Source of the DNA: Epiperipatus broadwayi
Lineage: Eukaryota > Animalia > Onychophora
Assembly (NCBI GenBank): GCA_028023455.1
Contig: JAQFVV010000010.1
Span: forward strand, 10,850,001-10,914,000
Reading direction: 5' to 3'
Length of the DNA: 64,000 nt
Shown here: positions 12,650 to 25,833 of the stretch, one piece after another
Numbering within the stretch: position 1 is the stretch's first letter
How the letters are laid out: each line of letters opens with the position of its first letter
Notes under the pieces: model-generated
What the model saw: only the letters and a program-made list of their open reading frames with translations
What the model was told of the DNA's origin: nothing
Database searches by the model: none
Position numbers and translations under genes: made by a program

Positions 12650-15600
12650 CTATATTCAAAAAACCAACTCATGCTAAGTATTTATCTAAAAGTTAAATGT
12701 CAAGAAGATCTGAAACTTTTAGACATCTGCATGTATATATATATTATTATTATTGAATTTAAAACTATCATCTTAATAATAAAATATAAATATAAAAACA
12801 AATATTATATTAGAAGTAAAACTTAAACAGCAAAGATATTAAAAACATAAAGTAATGTTCATACAAAAGAAAATAATATTTTTAAAGACAGTGAAATTTA
12901 TTACAATAAAAGTTTTTATTGACAACAAATTGAACAATAAACACTTTTTTTTTTTACTGAATTCAGATTTATACAAAAAAAGCAAATTCTACAATAAAAA
13001 AAACAACAAATGCTACAATGAAGACATTGTTATTGTGTTTTAATTCTTTCAGTGTCAACCTGACCCCCAAATTTTTGAATAGAGATTAGTGATGAATATT
13101 TTTACTATGATGCCATGTTTGATTTTTTTTGTGCAATTAAATCTTTTTTATATATATTACAACATTTATGTATAGATTATGTTATATTTAAACTTCTAAT
13201 AATTATAATTCTAAAACATGAAAAATTAATATTGTAAATTTGTGAAGATAAGTATTTAACTAACAATTTTATTGATAACAAAGGCAAACATCATTATTGG
13301 CTTGACAATATCTATTCAAAAAAGTTAAAAGAATGAAATATTAGATATTAGAATTTTATGTTATTAAAAATGATATATTTAGAATTAGTTATCATCAAAG
13401 AAACAAAAAATCTAAAAGTTAATAAATTATTAATTATTAATTCTTTTTAGCCTCTAATAGCTTTTCTGTTGTAATTTCTGATTTTCATAATATACTTCGT
13501 ATACTTTCTAAAAGCTGTCTTAAAAATAAAATGTTTTCAAGGACAACCTCCCCTAGTGAAGTAGTTTTTGATTTAATAATAAGTCTCTTACAAAAATATA
13601 GCACCATAGTCATTAATAATTACTGAAAATCACATTTTGTGTGAAGGGGAAATGAATCTAAAGCATCATCCCATCACAAATCACTACTGCCTTCATAATT
13701 TTGTCAGAACAATAGAATATGCTGTCAATCACAGATAATGTTCTGTAAAAGTCTGTATACTGTTGACATCTCTTAGATTTTTTTTAAATTAATGCATTAA
13801 AAACAAGCTTCTTAGAAAGAATCACTACAACCTGACACACATTGCAATTTAATATATACAATGCTGTAAAACAATATAGAAAAGTAGCCATCATAGCACC
13901 ATTGCACTGCCTAAAATGTCAAACATGATAGCACTATCACAGCTTACTTTTGTGAAACAGTTAACATTTAAGTTACTAATTTAATTTGTTTACTTTAAAA
14001 AATACACTATACTGCTGTCATTATTATTTAATTATTTTACTGTAGACATAAAATAGTTTTAGCTATAAGCTTGAAAATCTGAATTGAAAAGCTGAATAAT
14101 TTTATAGTGGAAAAAAAATTCCAAATGAAAAAATTTGTAAAATTATCAGTAAACAAAAATGCTATGATAAATATCATTGGTTGATATAAATGCATATAAG
14201 CAAAGCATTTCAAAATCTTTTTGAAAATTGGAATTAAAAAACTGAGTTTTATTAGCATGTGTTTATTTTTGCTTTTAAAAAGATAATTTTAATTGAGACA
14301 GAAATCAAAGGTAGAATAATCAAGAAAAAAATTCAAATGAAATAGTTATAATACTGTTAATGAATAAAAATATTATGTTGAATTCTATTGACTGACATAG
14401 AATGTGCATATTTTAGAACCTTTTAGAAAACCAGAATTAGGAAGCTGATTAATTCTAGTAATACACTTTCAAAGTGAGAAAGTAAAAGTAAAAATAAAGT
14501 GATTATTATTAGGATAGGTTTGATTTTTTTTTTTAGACAATTGATTTTAATTTTCACTTTGAGGCAGAAAATGGAATTAGAACACAGTCTCAATAAAAAA
14601 TAAGATAAGAAAAAAGAAATTGTCAATATAAATCAATGATTTCTGCATCATGATTAGAGTAATTTTGTTTACATTTTTATTTTATACTTTTCAAAATTTG
14701 ATTTTCATTTTTTTTAAAAATTGAATTGCAAAGTATGTACAGCAATCAATCTTATATTTATTGTTGCATTTATATTTTTGATTTTACATTTTATCCATTT
14801 TGAATGAGTAACTTTAACTATGAGTCTGTAACAGATAATCCCCAAAAAACACGTACTTCATTATAAAATATAGCAAACAAATGATATCAGTGAACTTTGG
14901 AATCACTTATATTTGTTATAGCAAACCCTATTGTAGTAGTATTAGAATGGTACAATATGTTAAAAATAGAAATGAAAGAAAAATAAAAAAAAGAATAATA
15001 ATTAAAAACTTTAAGTTTAAAAATAGAAAATGATTTAAATTTTTTTTAAATAAATGTTTAATAATTTGAATAATAAAAATAATTATAATTAAAAATAGAG
15101 AAAATAAATAAAATTAAAATAGAATTAATATTGGAAATAATATTTTTAGCAGAGTAAAAATAATTATTGTAATATATATATTTATTTATATATACAAAAA
15201 TAGTAAAATATACATTTAAAAAGAATAGAAGTGATTATACAAGAGCTAAATATATGTTTTATTTTTTATAGCTTTTTTTAAAATTAAACAAATGAAAAAA
15301 GAAAGAAAGTATTTTTAAATATAGATAAAATATGTTAATTCAAATATCAATTATTCAAATGCTTTTATTATCCAAAAAAAAATTCATCGTGATCTTTAAC
15401 CTTCAATCATAAATAAACTATACGAACATTTCTAAATAATATTAAAGAAAAAAAATCATTAGGTACTTATAAATTAAAATAATATTTTAAAGTTTTGCAG
15501 TGTTATTAATAAAATAATTGTATAGTATATAGTGAAGCCACAATAAGCATTGTATCAATATATATTATTTTAATTATGCACTATCAAAAAAAGACATTCA

Positions 15601-16210
15601 AATAAATAAAAACATTAAAATTTATAAATTTAATACATTTTATGATATGATAGCAGAATAAATTTATTTATTAATGACATTTCTGCAGCGTATGCTCAAA
15701 GCATTTTACCCCCCCCCCCACTCACCCCCAAACAAATTTGCATATATTTAATGTAATAAAATGTTTATAAAAATAAAGTTAAAAGCTTAGAAAATTAAAA
15801 AAAAAACCTTTAATTTACTCCTTCCTGAACAAAACATTCTTATATGTAGAAAGTTTAAAGTGTGTTTGTATAATTTGATATGGTTAACTGCAAGTAGGGG
15901 TAATTTTAAAGATCTTGAATTTGATACAGAATTCAAAATATAAAAGTACGTGGATAGGCTATATCTGTTGATAATGAGACTACTATTATATTTCCATAGG
16001 AAAAAAATATTGAGAAAAAAGAATATCATTTAGAGCCTGTAATTATGATGAAAGTGAATTGTTTTTATATATCAACTTGAGAAGAGCAAAATCTGACATT
16101 TCACTATAATTTTTTTATTATTTCTATTTTTGACTGAATGTAAGTGAATGAGCACACACAGAGCATATATATTAATAACTACATTATTATTTATTCAAAT
16201 CTTGGTTTTT

Positions 16211-16273
16211 ATCATCATCATTTTCAACATTAATAATCCACTATAAGATGAACATCTCTCCAAGTTTAATCCA
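16211..16273 (-). mobile_element. Short decayed 3' end of the RTE LINE family
   Basis: Matches the RTE 3' terminus at 34490-34550 with (ATC)n tail. Confidence 0.7.
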
Positions 16274-17261
16274 GTTTTTAAAATTTTTTTTCTTCACAAG
16301 ACAACAGCAGATTTCCTCTGAATTGTTTATACTATAATCTTAATTTGTATATTCATATTATACACATAAAACATCTATGTTATATATTATAATAGTACTG
16401 AGTAAAGGTGAGATGGAAGTAATATGGGGAGATGGAAAACAATCATCAGCCCTATTAAATACATCAAATTAAATATAAAAGCAATACTGTGAAAGTAGAA
16501 TAAGAGCAGAGAGTCATCATGAGACTAACCATGTAAGTAGGGATAATAACTATACTTATAAACTGCATTACTAGTATTATAGAAGAATAATCATTAATCA
16601 TCAACAGTCAACTTCGATGACTAGATTTAAAGAAAGTTTAGTATAAAACAAGCTACTTATCTAGTCACTGCCAAAATCAGGGCAGAATATAACAATTATT
16701 TGGATGTGCATACATAAATGCTAATCAATCACTCATAATAAATAATGCTGAGATAGTGAAATATATTATCAATGTTCTGTCCTTATGATTCCATGAATAT
16801 ACTGGCCAATTATAAACTAAATTTCTAATGAAAATAAAATAGTGTATGGACTTTAAAGATGACTCCCTTGTGCAATTCAGAGTTATCATCTGTATGTTCA
16901 AAGACCAATGTAAACCCCTACTTCAAAAGAATTAAACATTATGCTCTAAAGTAGATCAGGAAGCAAGAACTCAAAGTGCTGTGATTGTGAACAAGAGATA
17001 AATAAATATAACAGCATACTCTACTTGACTTTAAATAATTTTGTAATAATTTACAATTCCCTAAAATACTAAATTGTAATGAAATCAAGTCACACACACT
17101 GCCAATTCATGTAATAGATAGCTTGAGGAATAAAGACATTAACAGTAGAATATTTCCAAAACAATTATTTAATAAATTAACATGTTAATAATAAAAATTA
17201 AAAAAATGACATGATAATATGATAATTTTAATTTATATATTCTTATGAAAAATATTATGTT

Positions 17262-17720
17262 TGCCTGAAGGTTTGTGATGATGGTATATTAGTTGTGATA
17301 ATATGTTGGACTATTTTCATCATCTATCAATAAATGTTAAATGTATAGAAAATTTAAACCTTATTTAAACTTTTCAGATGCAAACAATTTGTTAGTAGTA
17401 ACACAAATAGTCAACACAGGTTAGTAATTACACAATGTTTTGAATAGTATTATTGTCCACTCTTCTTCAGATAGTGCTGGCTCAACTATTGACAATATTA
17501 ACATAGGAGTCAAACTTACACCATTAGATTCTCAAATATTAAATTTTAAGACAGAACTTTTAAAACATAATGTAATTACTAATCTGTATTGTCTATTTGT
17601 GTTATTAGCAACAATTTGTTTGTATTTGAAAAGTTTAAATAAAGTTTAAAATTTTTTCTATACATTCAACATTTACTGATAAATGATGGAAAGAATTCAA
17701 CATATTATCACATATAATTG
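17262..17720. mobile_element. Family A pLTR inverted pair (17262-17480 minus with HHR remnant 17430-17474; about 17555-17720 plus)
   Basis: Arms are reverse complements and match 5550-5700 and 51810-51870; left arm ends in the tail CCATCATCACAAACCTTCAG. Confidence 0.8.
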
Positions 17721-20109
17721 TGTATAGCAAAAATGATTAACTACTTGATTTTCATTCATTAATTTAATTAACTTTTGCTTTCCTTAAATTAATTTTTTTC
17801 CAATAAGAATTGAAAAACAACTTTTCAATGTAGTCAGAGATAAGAGCATTTTAAATTAGCTTAACCTTTTTTTATTTCACAATCAAAGATAAATTAGCTT
17901 GACCCTTTGTATAATTATGAAGAGAAACAAACCAAATTAATAAGAAAAAAAACATCAAATTTAATAAAATTTAGGTTACTTATAAAAAACTTTCTATAAT
18001 TTTGACAGAAAAAAAATCACTTGCATAAAAAACTAATAATAAAATTATTAGTTACTACTTTATTTAAAAACTCCTTTATAAATTTGAATTTAATACACAC
18101 ATTTAAAGAAAAAAAACTCTTATACTATGGTTTTATTTTTTGGAGTCCTTCTTTGCATAAGTAATTTACAGTTTTTCCAGGTATATATTTTTCTTGAAGG
18201 TTTCTCACTTCCAAGTTAATGTACACAATTATTTTATTTTTCTTCATTTTGCAATAAGTATTTCAGCCTAACACGCAGAACAAGAATTTATCCATTTTTT
18301 CCAATAACTTTTTCCAGTTCAGACTAACATAGCAACACTCATGCTCTTGGTTGGAGGCAAGATTTTGTTGCAGATTATTTCAGGGACATTTTTCTTCTTT
18401 ACATTTTTCTAGTGAGGCAGGTTACATGGAGGAAGATGGTGTTTAGATTTTAGCTAAACTTAGTACATAATTGTCTTTATTTTAGAAAACATTTTTTTCT
18501 AAACTTATAGCATGATGTACACAGCTAAATTCTCTTACTGTCTTCTTCAACAACGTTATCAGTAATTGATTGTTCTCTTCAACAAAATTTTTTCCTCCTA
18601 CTGTTTTCTTCAGTAGCTGGCTTGGAACTGATTGTCCTCTTCAACAGGTGAGTCAGGAATGCTTGATTCTTACAATACCCTTAGGTCTTCTGATTAATCC
18701 ACAGTCCTAATTTTGGAACTTCCCTGTATTCAACCAATCACAATCCTGTCTCTTATATGACAAAATTTAATAATAACCAATTAGATCAATTTTGATGAAA
18801 CAATTGTTCAGCTATTTTCCTTCTTCAACATTGAAATTGAAAAACAAGATAAAAACATAAATCAAAACAAAAGTTTTTGATGTTTCATTTAAATTTTAAA
18901 AAAATTTCTTCCCAAAAGCAAACAAGATAATCAGTTAATTACACTGACTATATACATCTGAATATGACTAACATTAAATTTATTTTTCTTTTAAGTATAA
19001 AACAAAATTGGCTGAATCAAACTAAGGTATATGTGACATTGCATTTTATGCACCTTGTACATTAAACAAATTAATAAATTACTCTAAAAAAACTCATTTA
19101 TAAATAAAAATTGCATCATTTACAAATGGATATGTAGGTGTGGTAATGGATATATAGGGGAATTGAGATTCATATTGGGAAAAAAAACTAAAGAGCACTT
19201 GCTGTTATTAAAAAGGGTTCAGAAATTGAAACAAAATTGCAAAGTAAATAATAATGTTTCAACATTCATTTTTTATGACCACAATAAGCCATGAATTTAT
19301 GGTTTTAACTTCAATTATAATAATGTAAAATTATTGCAAATTGAAAAACATAACAATAAAAGGCAAAAACTATGCTAATATACAAATACAAATATGACTT
19401 AATTAACAGACAGGCAGCAAATGTTAAAATCATGGAATTGTGGGAAGATTAGCCTTTCAAAGTGTTAGTTGACAAAGACTATGAGGATAGTTGAAAGCAC
19501 TCTTAAGTGGATAAAACTTTTAAAGTTATACTTTACATAACAATCACAAACAGTGAGAATGTGGGAGGAATAGCTTGTCTATATATTAACTGAAAAATCA
19601 ACTGAAGGAAAGATCAATAAAAGAAAAGCCATCATGAAATAATTTGGTATGGTGAAGCAAAATTCCTGATATGAATATATATATATCCCACATTTTTCTT
19701 TTGAATTTAAGAGTGAAAAAAATGTATGCACCTTATATGCATGTTATATATAAAAAATTACATTGGTTACATGATATTTCATCATGATTTAATACATATA
19801 GGAAAAATAAAAAAGACCAGCATTAGTCAGGTATGTGATTGTGTGAAGAAATCATATGACATTGTCAAAAAAAAAATCATTATAAAATTTTTAAAGGAGA
19901 CTGAAATTTTTAATACTTTTGATGGTATAGAAAACAAGACAATGTATGAATAAAATAATAATAAACAAGATAATTTTTAAATTTCTCATGTTAAAATAAT
20001 TAATAAAGCAATTTTCTTTAAAGTATTAGTATTTTCTTTTTATTATTATAGATAATCTTGTTTATAGTTTTTTGTAAATAGAGGAATTTGAATTCAGGAT
20101 TTTTTAGTC

Positions 20110-20690
20110 TATCCTAAGCAACCAAAACACACGACCACACACATGTGAAAAAAGTATATGATCCCCAATATATGTATTTTATACAGAACCAGCACTCATC
20201 AGTTGGGTCAGATCATAATCATCCACACAATACAATCAGTGCTCAGTTTTTATTAAAATAGCAATTCCTCAAACTTTAATGGGCAGGCATCAATTTTCTC
20301 AGTCTTTCAATTATTCAATAATCCATTTCATTGAAATACTGATGATCTTGTTGGATTTTATATTATCATATCCATGCAGACATTATGTCAATCTAACTTG
20401 TCATATTATAGGACATTATATATTCCATATATTATATTAATAGGAAAGCTTGTCTCTTAAAGTTTGAGAAATTGCTATCTTAATATAAACTGAGCACTGA
20501 TTGTATATACGTGTGGGAGATAGCGATCTGGATCAACTGATGAGTGCTGATTCTGCACAAAATGCATATTTCAGGGATCATGTATCTTTTTTGCATATTT
20601 GTGATCATATGTATTGATTGGATGCTTGAGATAGAGTGGAAGATGAATAGACTGAAAATCCTGAGTTCAAATCCTACTTACATATATAAG
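20110..20690. mobile_element. Family E inverted pair (about 20110-20400 minus; 20455-20690 plus), both with full-length but core-mutated HHRs (20158-20216 minus; 20525-20581 plus)
   Basis: CTGATGA GTGC-7nt-GCAC AAAA on plus at 20537-20562; minus copy has extended stem I ATGATC tga CCCAA / TTGGG GATCAT. Confidence 0.8.
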
Positions 20691-22264
20691 AAACATTCAG
20701 TGTAAGCAAATGACATATTGCCTTAGAATTTATAGATTTTTATAATAATTTTTCAAAAAAATATGACATTTTTATTGAAAAAAATTGAATGCACATTTTA
20801 TGCATGGGCAGAATATATAGGAAAAAATGCTTAATTCTATATATTGCTTTTTTTTTTTTTAAAAAAAAAAAAAACTCTTGTATATTTAATAGTATTTAAT
20901 ATGCAAACATCATATTAAATTAATTTTATAAAGAAATAAAAAAATTAAAATTTAAAAAAAAAATGCTTCTTTGAATTTGATTTTTTCTTTCTACCAAATA
21001 AAAATGTGTCATTATCTTTAAAAGAGATTACTTTACGGAAATGAGAAATAATTTGCCAATTGTTTTTAATTCACCCTAGTAATATTATTAAATGTTTATT
21101 AAAAATAATTTTTGATTTTAGAGATATAATCATTAAAAACATTTGTTAATTATTGCTTTAAAAACAAATTTGGATGATAATATTTTAGATCACATGTATA
21201 AACAAATAACATGTTTTATATAGTCATTAGAAATTAAGTAATCTTCTATTTAAATAATACAATGTCAGATTTAAATGAATTTATATAACCGTAGTAAATA
21301 CTGCTAAACGGATTTACTTGAATAAATTGAAAAATGTCATTTTTTTTACAATATTTGATATTACCAATGATGTAGATTTTTTAACATTTAATTTTAATTT
21401 GCCTTTATTAGTTCATTCTTGTGTTTATTATATTTATTACTTATAACCTAAATACTGCAATTGCATATATGTATATCGAACATATTTATTTTCTACCCAT
21501 ATTTCTGATATGGAGGAAAATAAAATATTGTCCTTAATTTAGGAAATAATATCCAGAGTCTTTTTAAATTTACAAAAAAATAAATGTGAAAACAGATTAA
21601 TTATCTATCTTTTCACAACTTTTTTTGAAGATTGAATGAATTAATATTTTCTCAATCTTTTTTGTGATGTGACCTTGTCTCTCTCATACTAGTTTTGTAT
21701 AGGTCTCTTTTATATGTTAGGTATTATGAAACTAGTTTTCTTTTAAAATAAATTTAAAATGTATTCAGAGTTATGGAGCCAAGGAATACCAGAGGGCAGC
21801 AAAACTTGATGTAAGATTTCTACATCATATATTTTCATAAACAATTTTTATTGTTGTTTGTTTTTGGGGAAGATGTGTTAATAAAAATTTCACTCTTAAT
21901 TTTTACTCCCTTCCCCCTTTCATTCATTCATTTTTTCTTTATATTGTAATAATAAAAACTTAATTCTTGGTCAAGACCAGAAATTAAGAATTGCTAAATT
22001 AATTTATGGTAATATATAAATATAAAATACAAATTCAGAAATGCTTGTGAATTAAAATGAACTAATATTGCATCAAATATATATATATATTTTAAAAGCA
22101 TAATTTATAATTGAATGAATGTATTTTCTTTTATATTGCAGAACTATCTAACTAATTTATTCAATCTCTCTCAAAAAAAATCTCTAAGTGTAAAAAGACA
22201 GATAGATAACCCTTTTTTTTTTTATTTATTTAGAATATTTAAAAAAATAAAACTCTAATCAGAA

Positions 22265-22625
22265 TAAACAGTGAGATTCCATTCCCACTTTTGATAATGT
22301 TAGCCAGGAGGAAAATATCTCTGTCAGGAACCCTCCCCAAACCCCTGACCATGGCCTCGGGGCACCCTCGAGAGGTGTCAGGGTAGGTGTCAGGTTACCC
22401 TGACACCTCTCTGAGGAGTGCCAAAGCATGAAACCATGGTCAGGGGTTTGGGGAGGGGTTCCTGACAGAGATATTTTAAGCGCTGGCTCTGGCTAAGCAT
22501 TTATCATAAAGCTTGTAGAGGAATTGGCAATCCTCACTGTTTATAACTTACAAGCTTAAGAGATAGGGTCATGTGATCTATGAATTGATCTATGACTTTT
22601 ATTTTGACTATTTCTAATCAGAATA
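22265..22625 (+). mobile_element. Family C HHR element with fold-back 5' arm (22265-22385)
   Basis: 22396-22600 matches 61047-61250; 22265-22385 is complementary to 22396-22555 with many small gaps. Confidence 0.85.
22405..22447 (+). ncRNA. Type I hammerhead ribozyme, predicted intact (family C)
   Basis: ACCTCT CTGAGGA GTGC caaa GCAT GAAA C catg G TC AGGGGT; cleavage predicted after 22441. Confidence 0.85.
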
Positions 22626-23769
22626 TATTTCCTAAATTAAGAAAAAAAGATTTTATTTTACTTCTAGATCTTAAAATGGAAACAAAATAAATAAATTCCA
22701 TCTATAATATATTTAGTTTGTAAGTATTATATATAATAATAACTTAATACTTTTCGTTTATTCATAAATATGTCAAAATATTAACATCTAACTTTTTGTT
22801 TTTCAATACAAAAATGATTTATTTTAAACTGATGTTAAGAAATCATTATACAATAGTGTATCTATTTATTAAATCAAAATCAATTTTTAACAAATCCTTT
22901 TTAATATGTCTGCTGTGTCCTGAGAGTCTCTGACGACCAGTCAGGGAGCTAAATAAATAAACAATATACTTCAAAATATAGATATAATAAGATTTATTTA
23001 CTAACAATAATAATGTGGTATAAACAACATAAAAATTTAATAGTTTTGGATGAAAATAGTATTTTTTTCACACCAGGAGTAATCCATTTATTATATTTAT
23101 GCTTTCACATTAAATGTCTCTTGAAATACAAAAGAGAATATATAATTTCAAGTATAGAATGAAATATTAAAGTTCATATATCATTTCTAATAGCCTGTAG
23201 TGTTTACATTTTTTATTTACCATAATAAAAATTGAGATATGTTCCTCTTATAAATTTTTTTATAAAATTAATTCTTAATATAAAATTTTGTATATTAAAG
23301 TTATTAAATATATAAGAGAAGTTAATATAAAATATTAATATATACATTTATATTGGAAATTTATTTCCCCAGATTGATACATCTCAAATTAGTGTTTCCT
23401 CCAGATGATCTTTCAGCCAATTACTTATCTGTCTTATGAAGGTCAGTAACTTGGATGCCACCTATACCTCCAGATGTAGAAAAAACCAAAAGTTTTTGAA
23501 GCTTCTTTTATAATAAAAAATGTCTGTTTTTCTAATCCATAGCTTCTCTTTCTCATAACATTCCAGCAAATTTCCTTATTTTATCCATTCAATTTTTTCT
23601 AAATTTTTTACAATCTCTTGGCATTCAGTTTAAGACTTTCTGTATATCTATTGTAAGTTATATATTGCATATACAGTATATTATAATTTATTATTTTGTA
23701 AATGTTTCTGAATTTGTATATATTTTTATTCTCAAAATGATTATTATATATAGGCAGTAATTACATGTA

Positions 23770-24222
23770 AATTTTATTTAAACTTTCTAAATACATTCTA
23801 TTGCTAATAATAGCACACATTAGTATATAACACAATGTTTCGATTGGTATTATTAGCTCTTCTTTAGGTGCTTCTGGCAGACCAATGAAATACTAGCATG
23901 GGAATTGAACATGGACCAATAGACTTGTGAATATTGAATTTAAGGTAACTTTTGAGATGGTTAGAGCATTACCTTAAATTTAATATTCACAAATCTATTG
24001 GTCCAGATTCAATTCTCATGCTAATATTGTTACTGAAAAGGGGAGGAGAATAATATCACTCAAATTATATACTAATCCATGTGCTATTACTATCAGTTGA
24101 ATGTATTTGGAATGTTTTAAATAAAATTTCAATTTTTCTAAAGATATTCAATATTCAATATTATATGGAAATAGTCTAACATGTAATTCCTACTAAATTC
24201 CATCATCACAAACCTTCAAGCA
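23770..24222. mobile_element. Family A pLTR inverted pair (23770-23952 minus with HHR remnant 23830-23871; 23958-24222 plus with tail)
   Basis: Both arms match 5420-5650 including the tRNA-like block; arms nearly abut. Confidence 0.8.
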
Positions 24223-24449
24223 AATGTTATTATATATAGTTATTTTAATGACATAAAAGGATAATTAGCACATTAAAACTGAGATGTTAGAATAAAAAAT
24301 GTTAAAGAATATGCCAGAAATGATAAGTTACTGATAATAATTTAGACTGTTATTGTTTTGTCATAATATTCTGCTGCCTGGCTAATCATTGTCTTTTCGC
24401 AGAGAAGTTCATCATAAAACACATACTTACTATATATATATATATATAT

Positions 24450-24985
24450 TAATAATTTCAGTCTCTGTGGTAAAAGTTGCAATCTTTAGTGCATATATAT
24501 AATTATATTTGACTATAAATAAAGATAGAATTCACCCTTTATTGTTAAAAGGAAGTTGCCTTAACAATAGATTAAGATTGTTGTTTGTTATTGATATTGG
24601 GATTTTCTAAGTGTTGACTGATTTTAATAATAACTTATAAACCCATTTATCTTTGATCATTATTACACTTGTTATTAAGTAATACATTGGGTGCAATTTA
24701 AAAGTTATAATGGCAGTTTGAATGTTATAATTGACTATTTATTAATCTGCATTCAGAACAGATTTTATACTTATTTAAGAAGGTTTATTTAAACTTCTTT
24801 GTATCAATAATTTCAGTCTCTGTGGTCAAGTTGCAATCTTTAGTATCTATATAAATATATTGAACCATAAATAAAAGTGGGATTCTACAATATTGTTAAA
24901 ATGAGGTTGCCTTGACAACAGATTGAGATTATTGAATGTTATTGATATTGGGGTTGTCTAAGTGTTGACTGACTTTAATTTATAT
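24450..24985. repeat. Diverged direct repeat of about 180 bp (about 24450-24630 and 24805-24980) next to (TA)n
   Basis: Shared AATAATTTCAGTCTCTGTGGT...GTTGCAATCTTTAGT...TTATTGATATTGGG...CTAAGTGTTGACTGA. Confidence 0.85.
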
Positions 24986-25833
24986 ATATAATATGTTTCC
25001 ATACTCTGCCATTCTAGATGTTAATGTAAAATAATCTGTACATTATATTATTAAAATTTTGTATTTAAATTCTATATAAGTATTATTTTGCATTAATTTT
25101 TATATATGTATATATTCATTCTTGAAAATAATTACTATATACTGATTATATATATATGCATTCTTCAAAATAATCATTATAAAGGTGCATGCATGCATAT
25201 GAATGAGTATTTTAAAAAAGTAGAAATATTTTTTTAATGAAACTATACAATTTGTTATAATGAATTTTGTTTTAAACATTTAAATTTATTTATTTTTAGT
25301 TGTTTTGAGCACTCTCCTGTCGTCTCTCAGCTGGTTCTGAGAGTTTCTAATAGTAACCAGTTCACACCTGATATTGAAACATGGACTGATTTATCCGGAA
25401 GTAAATCAAAATTTCAACAGAAGATGCCACAAAAAAGTTTTCAAAAGATATCTAATGGTTATAAAATTCGTAGATCAATGTTAAATAATCAAAAAAAGAA
25501 AAAATATATCTTTAAAACACTGTGGTTTGAAAAGTGTTAAATGCTACAAGTTTCAAAAATATATCTACAGAATTGACCTGAAATCATATGAAAAATCTTG
25601 ACTTAATTGTAATACAAATAATATGTTAATAAAAATATTTAGAAATACTATTTTGGATTATATTATATTTTTGTGATGTTTATTTACTCTCTTCAATGTA
25701 ATTTGTTTAAAACTTACATAGGCAACAAATTTACATTTCACCATGTATTTTATTTTTAATTTCAATATAGTAAATAATGTAAGGAGTTTTTTTTGTATGA
25801 ATAGAGAGGTAATAGTTTATAACATAATGTTAA

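Noticed and set aside
18510-18652. Exon ending at the consensus donor CAG|GTGAGT
   Set aside because: Upstream frames are closed and the region looks like decayed minus-strand TE coding sequence; only a 34-nt exon is possible and it is unsupported
22925-22960. CTGACGA as a hammerhead core (likewise CTGATGA at 40, 11381, 20339, 47295)
   Set aside because: No stem II plus GAAA plus NUH arrangement follows
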